Source: Laetmonice hystrix (lineage: Eukaryota). From it: a DNA stretch of 64,000 nt. The translations under genes were made by a program, and so were the position numbers. The DNA is taken from assembly GCA_965235115.1 (NCBI GenBank), contig OZ249436.1:43712001-43776000 (forward strand), in the 5' to 3' direction. The notes under the pieces are model-generated. The model made no database searches and was not told the origin of the DNA. It saw only the letters and a list, made by a program, of their open reading frames with translations. Position 1 is the stretch's first letter; every line of letters starts with the position of its first letter. Positions 25,731-38,408 of the stretch are shown here, one piece after another.

Positions 25731-26159
25731 GGTAAATGGTGAGCAAAAGGATATTCACATTTTCATGTTTTCGGGATATCTTCGTTTAAATGTACATAAT
25801 TATGGAACCCTGAGTATTTTGGGGCATCTGTTGGGGGAGTGCAAGGACCTATTAGTTGTATAGACATCTCACACACTCATATTAGTTTAGATTCCACCTT
25901 TTTTTATTTGTATTGTGTTTTTTTCTTTTGAATCGTATCATGTAATAAGGTTATACAATAAGTGGGTGATTCGGTGATTCGAACGCGCAGTCACCTCGTA
26001 GCCGAACCCAGTTCAAAGTCGATCCTCTCGGCTATTCAAAGAAATCCTAATGTTAGGCCTAATACACGACACTGTAATCAGGTATGGACATCGTCCCAGA
26101 CCCAGATAGTTGCCTTTCACTCCAATGTTGTCTTAGATTCCATTAAATGTCAACTTTAA

Positions 26160-27263
26160 GTCAATGATATAGAACAGACCACCTTGCAGCATACACTGAT
26201 CAGTGATATAGAACAGACCACCTTGCAGCATATACTGATACTGTAAGTCAGTGATATAGAACAGACCACCTTGCAGCATACACTGATACTGTAAGTCAGT
26301 GATATAGAACAGACCACCTTGCAGCATACACTGATCAGTGATATAGAACAGACCACCTTGCAGCATACACTGATACTGTAAGTCAGTGATATAGAACAGA
26401 CCACCGTGCAGCATACACTGATCAGTGATATAGAACAGACCACCTTGCAGCATACACTGATCAGTGATATAGAACAGACCACCTTGCAGCATACACTGAT
26501 CAGTGATATAGAACAGACCACCTTGCAGCATACACTGATCAGTGATATAGAACAGACCACCTTGCAGCATACACTGATACTGTAAGTCAGTGATATAGAA
26601 CAGACCACCTTGCAGCATACACTGATCAGTGATATAGAACAGACCACCTTGCAGCATACACTGATCAGTGATATAGAACAGACCACCTTGCAGCGTACAC
26701 TGATCAGTGATATAGAACAGACCACCTTGCAGCATATACTGATCAGTGATATAGAACAGACCACCCTGCAGCATACACTGATCAGTGATATAGAACAGAC
26801 CACCTTGCAGCATACACTGATCAGTGATATAGAACAGACACTGGTCAGTGATATAGAACAGACCACCTTGCAGCATACACTGATCAGTGATATAGAACAG
26901 ACACTGATCAGTGATATAGAACAGACCACCTTGCAGCATACACTGATCAGTGATATAGAACAGACCACCTTGCAGCATACACTGGTCAGTGATATAGAAC
27001 AGACCACCTTGCAGCATACACTGATCAGTGATATAGAACAGACCACCTTGCAGCATACACTGATCAGTGATATAGAACAGACCACCTTGCAGCATACACT
27101 GGTCAGTGATATAGAACAGACCACCTTGCAGCATACACTGATCAGTGATATAGAACAGACCACCTTGCAGCATATTACACTGATCAGTGATATAGAACAG
27201 ACCACCTTGCAGCATACACTGATCAGTGATATAGAACAGACCACCTTGCAGCATACACTGATA
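26160..27263. repeat. 39-bp minisatellite with 24/42/48-bp variants, about 28 copies
   Basis: Unit tcagtgatatagaacagaccaccttgcagcatacactga. Confidence 0.97.
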
Positions 27264-27626
27264 CAGAATGCACGTTTTGTGCATGTCATGAATGTCATGC
27301 CAGCTCAGAGTGTTTCCTCAACACGAGTAAGGTTCGGAAGTATTTAAATACCCGTATTGTTGAAGGGTTAACCAGAGGTACGCCTTTACAGGGCGGAAGG
27401 AATTTTCAATTACTGGGGCAACACGACGCTGTAATTGTCCCCTTGGGTAACAGTGAGACGAGATCCAGCCTGAAGTTGGGTACATCTCTACAGCACTGCG
27501 GTTTGGAGGGCACTGCAGCAAATACCGCATCCTGATTGGTGAAAATATCCCAGTTGTTATTTAAGGCCATGTACGAAGCAGGACTCTAAAACGTACCCGG
27601 AACACCGGAAGTCGATGATGGTGTCG

Positions 27627-27916
27627 CCACACTTCTTGTCCCAACTGAATTAGATCACAGTACCTTTGTTTTAACTGGCCTTCCTTCCTCACATCTAACC
27701 ACACTTCTTGTCCCAACTGAATTAGATCACAGTACCTTTGTTTTAACTGGCCTTCCTTCCTCACATCTAGCCACACTTCTTGTCCCAACTGAATTAGATC
27801 ACAGTACCTTTGTTTTAACTGGCCTTCCTTCCTCACATCTAGCCACACTTCTTGTCCCAACTGAATTAGATCACAGTACCTTTGTTTTAACTGGCCTTCC
27901 TTCCTCACATCTAGCC
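27627..27916. repeat. 72-bp tandem repeat, 4 copies
   Basis: ccacacttcttgtcccaactg...cctcacatctag. Confidence 0.95.
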
Positions 27917-28481
27917 CAGCCGTGGAAATATCACCACGGTGGAAATATTGCCGCCACGGTTAAATTATTATAACTGTGAAAATATATCGATGAAATCAAT
28001 CTAGAAAGTTAAAAACATTAAAAGTCTATGTCCCTATGGGCTGCCGTAGCTATGCTTAGCTTGAAGCTGGCTGCTTAGAGCCTTTCTGAAACCGGGGCCT
28101 GCAGGTCTCTTAAAGGCCGACTCGAAAAGTATTGAAGCGAACGGCTCGAATGAAGATTATTTCCTCAGAAAAAGGCGGTTCCAACAAACCGGGTGACTTT
28201 TAAGATCAAAGGGTCTACCTCAAGTCTATTAAACTTATTCAAGTTTATTATTACTTCGTGAAGATAATTCCGATTTCTGGATTAAAGCGGCGGCGACTGG
28301 CTAACCTACGTCAGCCGATGAATATGCCCCCTATCGTTAAACCCGAGAAATACCTACAGCGCCCTCTGTTGGCATAAAAAGGCTTATATCTGGAATGACT
28401 CAAAGACTTCCCTGACCGTTTATGAAACCCAATAGCGGAAACAATGTATATGTGCCCCCCCCCCCCTCCGCGAGGTAGGAC

Positions 28482-28628
28482 AAGGCGTAAGGTCAGAGGG
28501 AGTGGTTCCCCCCTCCCCGAGGTCAGAGGTCAGAGGGAGTGGTTTCCCCCTCCCCGAGGTCAGAGGTCAGAGGAAGTGGTTTCCCCTCCCCGAGGTCAGA
28601 GTTCAGAGGTCAGAGGGAGTGGTTCCCA
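28482..28628. repeat. About 36-bp degenerate tandem repeat, about 4 copies
   Basis: ggtcagagggagtggtttcccctccccgaggtcaga. Confidence 0.85.
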
Positions 28629-28819
28629 CGTGTAAGCTGGCAATGACCTCAGCAGAATCTCTCAAACAACCACAAGTAGACATCATTAGTTTAGCCGACT
28701 GTGTCGGGTTGGGTTGAGTAATGAGTTAAGGGAGGAGGGGAAGCCCTGAAGGTATGGGACACCGTAACAAAACCCACGTCTCAGGACCTACTCCCGCACT
28801 CCGCGCCAAATACTAGGGG

Positions 28820-30611
28820 GTCTACACCTGACCAGGATCTAACAACAGCCAAGCTTACACCAAGCTGCAGGATTGATTCACAGAGAAAGTCTACACTACA
28901 CCTGACAAGGGTTTAACAACAGCCAAGCTTACACCAAGTTTTGTCATGAGAGAAAGTCTACACTACACCTGGCCAGGGTCTAACAACAGCCACGCTTACA
29001 CCAAGCTGCAGGATTGATTCCCAGAGAAAGTCTACACTACACCTGACCAGGATCTAACAACAGCCAAGCTTACACCAAGCTGCAGGATTGATTCCCAGAG
29101 AAAGTCTACACTACACCTGACCATGGTCTAACAACAGCCAAGCTTACACCAAGCTGCAGGATTGATTCCCAGAGAAAGTCTACACTACACCTGACTAGGG
29201 TCTAACAACAGCCAAGCTTACACCAAGCTGCAGGATTGATTCCCAGAGAAAGTCTACACTACACCTGACCAGGGTCTAACAACAGCCAAGCTTACACCAA
29301 GCTGCAGGATTGATTCCCAGAGAAAGTCTACACTACACCTGACAAGGATCTAACAACAGCCAAGCTTACACCAAGCTGCAGGATTGATTCCCAGAGAAAG
29401 TCTACACTACACCTGACCAGGCTCTAACAACAGCCAAGCTTACACCAAGCTGCAGGATTGATTCCCAGAGAAAGTCTACACTACACCTGACCAGGCTCTA
29501 ACAACAGCCAAGCTTGCACCAAGCTGCAGGATTGATTCCCAGAGAAAGTCTACACTACACCTGACCAGGCTCTAACAGCAGCCAAGCTTGCACCAAGCTG
29601 CAGGATTGATTCCCAGAGAAAGTCTACACTACACCTGACCAGGCTCTAACAACAGCCAAGCTTGCACCAAGCTGCAGGATTGATTCCCAGAGAAAGTCTA
29701 CACTACACCTGACCAGGCTCTAACAACAGCCAAGCTTACACCAAGCTGCAGGATTGATTCCCAGAGAAAGTCTACACTACACCTGACCAGGCTCTAACAA
29801 CAGCCAAGCTTGCACCAAGCTGCAGGATTGATTCCCAGAGAAAGTCTACACTACACCTGACCATGGTCTAACAACAGCCAAGCTTACACCAAGCTGCAGG
29901 ATTGATTCCCAGAGAAAGTCTACACTACACCTGACCATGGTCTAACAACAGCCAAGCTTACACCAAGCTGCAGGATTGATTCCCAGAGAAAGTCTACACT
30001 ACACCTGACTAGGGTCTAACAACAGCCAAGCTTACACCAAGCTGCAGGATTGATTCCCAGAGAAAGTCTACACTACACCTGACTAGGGTCTAACAACAGC
30101 CAAGCTTACACCAAGCTGCAGGATTGATTCCCAGAGAAAGTCTACATTACACCTGACCATGGTCTAACAACAGCCAAGCTTACACCAAGCTGCAGGATTG
30201 ATTCCCAGAGAAAGTCTACACTACACCTGACCAGGGTCTAACAACAGCCAAGCTTACACCAAGCTGCAGGATTGATTCCCAGAGAAAGTCTACACTACAC
30301 CCGACAAGGATCTAACAACAGCCAAGCTTACACCAAGCTGCAGGATTGATTCCCAGAGAAAGTCTACACTACACCTGACCAGGGTCTAACAACAGCCAAG
30401 CTTGCACCAAGTAAGATCATGAGAGCTGCAGGATTGATTCCCAGAGAAAGTCTACACTACACCTGACTAGGGTCTAACAACAGCCAAGCTTGCACCAAGC
30501 TGCAGGATTGATTCACAGAGAAAGTCTACACTACACCTGACTAGGGTCTAACAACAGCCAAGCTTACACCAAGTTTTTTCATGAGAGCTGCAGGAATGAT
30601 TTCCAGAGAAA
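28820..30611. repeat. 74-bp minisatellite, about 24 copies
   Basis: gagaaagtctacactacacctgaccagggtctaacaacagccaagcttacaccaagctgcaggattgattccca. Confidence 0.97.
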
Positions 30612-30896
30612 GAATATTATTACAATACAAGATATCGGTATGGGATAAACGACTAATGTCAGAAAGTTAGAACGTTTCTGTCGCTGAACGTTTCGAAGGT
30701 GAACCTCTGCGGCACGGTGCACCACAAGATGAACGATAGGAAATGCCATGTGACGTTTGAAGTCTACAATATGCACTCGAAACCGACTGTTTGAAGACAG
30801 GGCACGGGAGGTGAGAGTTTCGACATACCTCAAACATTGCTGTGAGTGAACTCTTTCCAGTTTCTTTTGTATATTTACATCCGGATTATTTATGGG

Positions 30897-31272
30897 AAGC
30901 TTTGATTCGGAAAAAGTTATCCCAAACCACAGTTCGGTAAGCTTTGATTCGGGAAAAGTTATCCCAAACCACAGTTCGGTAAGCTTTGATTCGGGGAAAG
31001 TTATCCCAAACCACAGTTTGGTAAGCTTTGATTCGGGAAAAGTTATCCCAAACCACAGTTCGGTAAGCTTTGATTCGGGGAAAGTTATCCCAAACCACAG
31101 TTCGGTAAGCTTTGATTCGGAAAAAGTTATCCCAACCACAGTTTGGTAAGCTTTGATTCGGGAAAAGTTATCCCAAACCACAGTTCGGTAAGCTTTGATT
31201 CGGGAAAAGTTATCCCAGACCACAGTTCGGTAAGCTTGGATTTGGGAAAAGTTATCCCAAACCACAGTTCGG
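30897..31272. repeat. 42-bp tandem repeat, 9 copies
   Basis: aagctttgattcgggaaaagttatcccaaaccacagttcggt. Confidence 0.96.
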
Positions 31273-33127
31273 TGGAGTCAGTAAAAAAACACCACGGAAT
31301 TTGATATTAGGGGATCATTCAAAATAGGCCTACTTTGAAAATACGAAGACTAAGCAACCTTTTCGATGTTGGATGTTTTAAATCTACGGCTACAGATTCC
31401 GATCCATTATCATGTATAAGCGAATGAGTCGAAGAAAAATCTATGCTTAAAATTTAATGCCTTTTATACCAGATGTACCTGAAAGTTGTTACTCTTGTAA
31501 AAGTTCAACAAATGACGCTTGACCTTTGACCCATTGATGAAGTCGTTTCCCAGAGTATATCTTCCTTGACGTTCGTCGATTAGGTAGAGAAGATTGAGAG
31601 GAAGAAGGGTCATAAAGCAAATTGAATATCTGTAGATAAGCCTGTAATCGTGGAAAGGGATTAACAACATGGAATTATAAAAACATGCTCGCCGAGTTTC
31701 AATGTCCTAAAATAAAGATAAAGATCATAAATAAAACGGAGCCTTGGAAATATTTCCTTCGAATGATCACGTCCACCTAAACTTCAGGTCAGAGCTATCA
31801 AACGTTTAGGGTCATTCACCGTCGATAAGAAAGTAAAATGATGTGTTAAAACTTGGAATGGTTGAGAGACATCAAAGAATAATGCATGTACTATAACTCG
31901 GGGATAATAAAACCAGTGGATTGACGATGGTGGAGATTGAAGATAACCGGTTAGAAACACAGTAGTAAATACCACATGATATATATTGGTATAAGTCAAA
32001 GTTTGTGTGTACATGTGTTTATTGTGTGAGGTTATAGGTTAAAAACGAGTTGGGTATAGCAATAATGAGGCCGCGTGGGGCTGTGTATGTAGGCCTATGT
32101 CTGGTGCAGTAACGGAGCAGCGCTCACCGACCGATCGGCAGTCAGTGAATACAACAGAGATCAGTGAGTCGGTCAGTCACGACTTGTTCAGTGGACAGTT
32201 GGCGGGAGCTGGCTGACCGCCTGACTGACTGATGTGATCTGAGGGGAGCGTACTTACTGTATACGTACGAGGATCAGACTTAATGAAGGGAGAGATATAG
32301 CCCTGCCCCTCCCCGGGAGTTGACGGGAGCCGGCGGGCCGAGGGCCGAGGGACGGCTGAGGGTCCGTGCCAGGACACGGGAGTAGGTTCTCCTGGGTACC
32401 GTACGATACCACCAGGTGTACACCTTAAGGATTTACCTGTGATCGAGTCTGCCGACACAAGGCGGGCCTTTTGTCGGTCTTCAGGTATAGCTGCGCCGGT
32501 TGATTACAGGTAGGTCGGTCTCACTACATGCTCCAGACACTACGACTTTATAGATCTGGAGTGATTGCCGGGTGTTTTGTCGGTCAGAACAAGGTAGTAG
32601 GCCCTCAGCGTCAGACTGATTAGTTAATTACGTGATGCTCAACAAAACTGATTACCTGTTGGCGGGAATCATCATTGGGAGAAACACAGTCTACAGTGGA
32701 GACTACTTCATGCTTCAGTTCATTCAGGGAGCCCTCGGCAGGTTATACGGAGCACGCTCTCGGAAACTAGTCCCATTAAAAAGTGGTTGTGTGGCATACC
32801 TACTATGTCCATATCAGACATGAGCAAGTGGATGATAGGTAGACAAGCTTGACAAAACGATTCCCATCGGTTAATTATTCTAAATTGATGAGTTCCTATT
32901 TGGGGGCTATCATTTTATGGACTTAGCGATAAGAGAAATTCTTTTTAAACTAAAGCTAACATTCTGCGTAGGCCTACATGAAACTGGCCTCCTTAGTCAA
33001 GGATCCGCACCCCCACCCACCCCTGGATAGTTTGTACATGATTATCAAGTCTTTTAATGAAGCAGGAGCAATGTAAGCACATTTCAACATCAGTAAAGGA
33101 TGTTGGAAGTCGGTCAAGGCAGCTTTC

Positions 33128-33270
33128 AATTCTTTTGTGGCAACTAATTCTTTTGTGGCAACTAATTCTTTTGTGGCAACTGATTCTTTTGTGACAACTT
33201 ATTCTTTTGTGGCAACTAATTTTTTTGTGGCAACTAATTCTTTTGTGGCAACTAATTCTTTTATGACAAA
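33128..33270. repeat. 18-bp tandem repeat, about 8 copies
   Basis: aattcttttgtggcaact. Confidence 0.93.
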
Positions 33271-33811
33271 TATTATGGCGATTTGTGAACTGCCACAGTA
33301 GGCCCCGTTGACTGCTTCACGTGGGTGAACTAGGTCGGTGTCTAGTCGCGAGAGCATGCCTCATACATACATTAATTGTAATCACTGAACTAATTATACC
33401 CATGTCGTCGGTGTGGCCACAGCCTTGATGTTTTACTGGGATTAATTATGTACATGGGTAATCTAGGCATGCTTTTAACAAACCATATGATTGAGGAATT
33501 GTTGTGAAATGGAGAAACCACGCGGAGATGGCAAGAGTCTATGCTGGGGCGGTAAAATAAATGGTACATGTACTTTGATGTCTATTTGATTTGGTGTTAT
33601 TCCACTAGCGTGTGACCTGTATTGGTTCGCAGAGGGAATGAGCATGCATTATATTGAATAAAATCACCATGTGTGGCATTACGGAGATCTACATTTGTGT
33701 TGAATGATCTTGTGTTCCTGTCCCGCCATAACTCACGACGTACCGTCAACTCTATCTTGTAAATGTGATTTTCTGATGTCAGGAGAAATGTTGGAGTCTT
33801 CTTGTCAGAAC

Positions 33812-33922
33812 TAAGGGCGGATCCAGGATTTTGGAACTGGGGGATGGACTTGGTGTATATATAAAACCTCTTAGGTGCGCCTTAGACTGCAACATGATAA
33901 CCCTGGAGTCAGTCCGCCACTG
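33812..33922. mobile_element. Degenerate MITE of the ggcggatccagg family
   Basis: agggcggatccaggatttt ... gtccgccactg; no TSD seen. Confidence 0.5.
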
Positions 33923-34075
33923 AGGGCCGTCAAACAGTTGACTTCTTCACTATAGAAAAGTAAAACAGTTCCTTTAAAACATATTTGAATGTCATGTCAG
34001 AATGCAGTACAGTAATATTTAAGGTGTTCTTGAAGAGTATGTTAAACATCTGATTGAAAACCTTGTCTGATCCAC

Positions 34076-34299
34076 CAGTGGCACGGATCCAGAATTTTTT
34101 TAAAGGGGGGGGGGGGGCACAGACTTTTTAAAAATAAGCATTCATTAAAACTAATCTCAAAATTCTTACTTGAAATAACAGAAAGGTTCTTTGAAATAAC
34201 AGAAAGGTTATTTGAAATAACAGAAAGGTTACGCTCGGCCAACTGAAGGGGCGGGGGGCGTGCCCCCTGTGCCCCCTGTGCCCCCTGGATCCGTACCTG
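34076..34299. mobile_element. hAT-like MITE with 5-bp TSD
   Basis: cag(tg)gcacggatccag / ctggatccgtacctg; exact TSD tccac. Confidence 0.8.
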
Positions 34300-34715
34300 T
34301 CCACTGAGATCAAATACGGCTGCATTTGGGAATGAAGGTGATTTTTTTTATATTCCAGAACAGGTTTTCATCTGACTTTTAATTAGGTTACCTACATAGT
34401 TTTTGCGTAGTAACCTGCAGTGTTTCAAACTTAGTCTATGGGTTGAAACAGTGGAGTCCCAGTTATAGTGTCTACTACCTTTGAAACACACAGAGAGAAA
34501 AGATAACTCGAGGCGAAATGTATATTTAAGTAGAATGTATACATGAAGAGGAATGTTGGCGGTTGTGCCTGCCAAGAATTGTCAGCACATCCGACTCCCA
34601 CGCTGACCGTGTCTTAGGTGATGAGGTCCACCTGTGAGAGAGACCTCAGCCGATAGCCACACCTCTCAGTACATGAGCAAGTATAGTTTACCTCTAACTA
34701 CGGCACATCCCCTGC

Positions 34716-34856
34716 TAACACGCCTGGGTGACACGTATACCACGTCTGGTTGACACGTATACCACGCCTGGTTGACACGTATACCACGTCTGGTTGACAC
34801 GTATACCACGTCTGGTTGACACGTATACCACGTCTGGTTGACACGTATACCACGCC
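34716..34856. repeat. 22-bp tandem repeat, about 6 copies
   Basis: ccacgtctggttgacacgtata. Confidence 0.93.
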
Positions 34857-35056
34857 ATGCTCACCTCTCCGACGGTAGTTCCTTGTGTATTTTTTTCTTT
34901 CTGCGGTTCAAAATGTGGTGGCATGGTTTTTTTCAAATGAAGTGCTATTAGGAGAATCAGTATTTTTCTATTTCCATACTTTGACTGTTTTACTACTTTT
35001 CATATGTTGCTTGTCCTGTTGCTTGTCGTGTCATATTCTCTATGATTGGCAGAGTG

Positions 35057-36715
35057 TTATTGTATTAAAGTCACCCATGGTATAAATGAAAGGTCCTGTC
35101 GTTGTTGCAGGGTTGTTGTATTAAAGTCACCCATGGTATAAATGAAAGGTCCTGTCGTTGTTACAGGGTTGTCAGAGTTATTGTATTAAAGTCACCCATG
35201 GTATAAATGAAAGGTCCTGTCGTTGTTGCAGGGTTGTTGTGTTAAAGTCACCCATGGTATAGATGAAAGGTCCTGTCGTTGTTGTAGGGTTGTTGTATTA
35301 AAGTCACCCATGGTATAGATGAAAGGTCCTGTCGTTGTTACAGGGTTGTTGTATTAAAGTCACCCATGGTATAAATGAAAGGTCCTGTCGTTGTTTCAGG
35401 GTTGTTGTATTAAAGTCACCCATGGTATAAATGAAAGGTCCTGTCGTTGTTTCAGGGTTGTTGTATTAAAGTCACCCATGGTATAGATGAAAGGTCCTGT
35501 CGTTGTTACAGGGTTGTTGTATTAAAGTCACCCATGGTATAAATGAAAGGTCCTGTCGTTGTTTCAGGGTTGTTGTATTAAAGTCACCCATGGTATAAAT
35601 GAAAGGTCCTGTCGTTGTTTCAGGGTTGTTGTATTAAAGTCACCCATGGTATAAATGAAAGGTCCTGTCGTTGTTACAGGGTTGTCACAGTTATTGTATT
35701 AAAGTCACCCATGGTATAGATGAAAGGTCCTGTCGTTGTTGTAGGGTTGTTGTATTAAAGTCACCCATGGTATAGATGAAAGGTCCTGTCGTTGTTGCAG
35801 GGTTGTTGTATTAAAGTCACCCATGGTATAGATGAAAGGCCCTGTCATTGTTTCAGGGTTGTTGTATTAAAGTCACCCATGGTATAGATGAAAGGTCCTG
35901 TCGTTGTTGCAGGGTTGTTGTATTAAAGTCACCCATGGTATAGATGAAAGGTCCTGTCGTTGTTGCAGGGTTGTTGTATTAAAGTCACCCATGGTATAGA
36001 TGAAAGGTCCTGTCGTTGGTGCAGGGTTGTTGTATTAAAGTCACCCATGGTATAGATGAAAGGTCCTGTCGTTGTTGCAGGGTTGTTGTATTAAAGTCAC
36101 CCATGGTATAGATGAAAGGTCCTGTCGTTGTTGCAGGGTTGTTGTATTAAAGTCACCCATGGTATAAATGAAAGGTCCTGTCGTTGTTGCAGGGTTATTG
36201 TATTAAAGTCACCCATGGTATAGATAAAAGGTCCTGTCGTTGTTTCAGGGTTGTCACAGTTATTGTATTAAAGTCACCCATGGTATAAATGAAAGGTCCT
36301 GTCGTTGTTGCAGGGTTGTTGTATTAAAGTCACCCATGGTATAAATGAAAGGTCCTGTCGTTGTTGCAGGGTTGTTGTATTAAAGTCACCCATGGTATAG
36401 ATGAAAGGCCCTGTCATTGTTGCAGGGTTGTTGTGTTAAAGTCACCCATGGTATAAATGAAAGGTCCTGTCGTTGTTGTAGGGTTGTTGTATTAAAGTCA
36501 CCCATGGTATAAATGAAAGGTCCTGTCGTTGTTGCAGGGTTGTTGTATTAAAGTCACCCATGGTATAAATGAAAGGTCCTGTCGTTGTTGTAGGGTTGTT
36601 GTATTAAAGTCACCCATGGTATAAATGAAAGGTCCTGTCGTTGTTGCAGGGTTGTTTTATTAAAGTCACCCATGGTATAAATGAAAGCTCCTGTCGTTGT
36701 TGCAGGGTTGTCAGA
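35057..36715 (+). repeat. 56-bp minisatellite, about 29 copies, spanning the 3' splice site of exon 36706
   Basis: Unit ttgtattaaagtcacccatggtataaatgaaaggtcctgtcgttgttgcag|ggttg; the last unit runs into the exon. Confidence 0.97.
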
Positions 36716-36836
36716 CGTTCCTGATGCACTTGGTGCGGGACGCCAAGGGTCTGGGGCTGTGGTTGACAGACGCCGGACCCCGGGGTCAGAGGTCAGTCTA
36801 CGTCCACCGGGTGGAGGAGGGCAGCCCAGCACACAG
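36706..36836 (+). CDS. PDZD2: PDZD2-like exon, N-terminal half of PDZ-a
   Basis: ttgcag|GGT...CAC AG|gtaggt; translates GCQTFLMHLVRDAKGLGLWLTDAGPRGQRSVYVHRVEEGSPAH(R), with a GLGL carboxylate-binding loop. This frame is not in the ORF track. Confidence 0.92.
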
Positions 36837-36921
36837 GTAGGTCACTGCTATGACGTCACTAACCAACCCTTGCCCATCACACAGGATGTTTCCTTACTAG
36901 TAATTGCCATATCATGCTAAT

Positions 36922-37005
36922 TCTCTCACTCTCTAATCTCTCTCTCTCTCCCTCTCCTCTCTCTCTGTCTCTCTGTCTCTCTGTCTCTCTGTCTCTCTGT
37001 CTCTC

Positions 37006-37038
<33 letters not shown>

Positions 37039-37062
37039 GTTCTCTCTCTCGTTCTCTCTCTC
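36922..37062. repeat. (CT)n / (CTCTCTGT)n microsatellite
   Basis: Direct reading. Confidence 0.95.
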
Positions 37063-37096
37063 ACAGAACTTCCTGGACTGACGCAGATTTGTATGC

Positions 37097-38300
37097 TTTT
37101 GTTTTGGTTGGGCCTGGTGACGCTGATTGGTGTTCTTTTGTTTTGGTTGGGCTGGGTGACACTGATTGTCATCGTTTTGTTTTGGTTGGGCTGGGTGAAG
37201 TATATGTGATCTAACCATGATTGTCACCAGGGACGGCAGGATCCAGGTTGGGGGTGATGTTTTGGTTGGGCTGTGTGAAGTATATTTGACTGATTATTTT
37301 TGTCACCAGGGACGGCAGGATCCAGGTTGGGGGTGATGTTTTGGTTGGGCTGGGTGATGTGATCTAACCATGATTATTTTTGTCACCAGGGACGGCAGGA
37401 TCCAGGTTGGGGGTGATGTTTTGGTTGGGCTGTGTGAGGTATATTTGACTGATGATTATTTTTGTCACCAGGGACGGCAGGATCCAGGTTGGGGGTGATG
37501 TTTTGGTTGGGCTGTGTGAAGTATATTTGACTGATTATTTTTGTCACCAGGGACGGCAGGATCCAGGTTGGGGGTGATGTTTTGGTTGGGCTGTGTGAAG
37601 TATATTTGACTGATGATTATTTTTGTCACCAGGGACGGCAGGATCCAGGTTGGCGATGATGTTTTGGTTGGGCTGTGTGAAGTGATCTAACCATGATTAT
37701 TTTTGTCACCAGGGACGGCAGGATCCAGGTTGGGGGTGATGTTTTGGTTGGGCTGTGTGAAGTATATTTGACTGATGATTATTTTTGTCACCAGGGACGG
37801 CAGGATCCAGGTTGGGGGTGATGTTTTGGTTGGGCTGGGTGAAGTATATTTCACTGATGATTATTTTTGTCACCAGGGACGGCAGGATCCAGGTTGGGGG
37901 TGATGTTTTGGTTGGGCTGTGTGAAGTATATTTGACTGATTATTTTTGTCACCAGGGACGGCAGGATCCAGGTTGGGGGTGATGTTTTGGTTGGGCTGTG
38001 TGAAGTATATTTGACTGATTATTTTTGTCACCAGGGACGGCAGGATCCAGGTTGGGGGTGATGTTTTGGTTGGGCTGTGTGAAGTATATTTGACTGATTA
38101 TTTTTGTCACCAGGGACGGCAGGATCCAGGTTGGGGGTGATGTTTTGGTTGGGCTGTGTGATGTGATCTAACCATGATTATTTTTGTCACCAGGGACGGC
38201 AGGATCCAGGTTGCGGGTGATGTTTTGGTTGGGCTGGGTGAAGTATATTTGACTGATGATTATTTGTGTCACCAGGGACGGCAGGATCCAGGTTGGGGAT
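37097..38300 (+). repeat. 79-82-bp minisatellite, 14 acceptor-bearing copies, spanning the 3' splice site of exon 38276
   Basis: tgtcaccag|ggacggcaggatccaggttgggg recurs with AG ending at 37230, 37309, 37389, 37471, 37550, 37632, 37712, 37794, 37876, 37955, 38034, 38113, 38193 and 38275. Confidence 0.97.
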
Positions 38301-38408
38301 GAGATTCTGATGATTAATGGACAGGGACTGACAGGTGTTACCCCGACCCAGGCCAATCTGATCCTGAGAGACACTCCTGGGATTGTTCAACTCGTCGTCG
38401 GCCGCACG
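38276..38408 (+). CDS. PDZD2: PDZD2-like exon, C-terminal half of PDZ-a
   Basis: caccag|G GAC...ACG|gtgagt; DGRIQVGDEILMINGQGLTGVTPTQANLILRDTPGIVQLVVGRT. The phase-2 start completes the R codon of the previous exon. Confidence 0.93.

Noticed and set aside
36681..36920. Track ORF MKAPVVVAG...
   Set aside because: Wrong frame; the PDZ-coding frame of the same exon starts at 36706.
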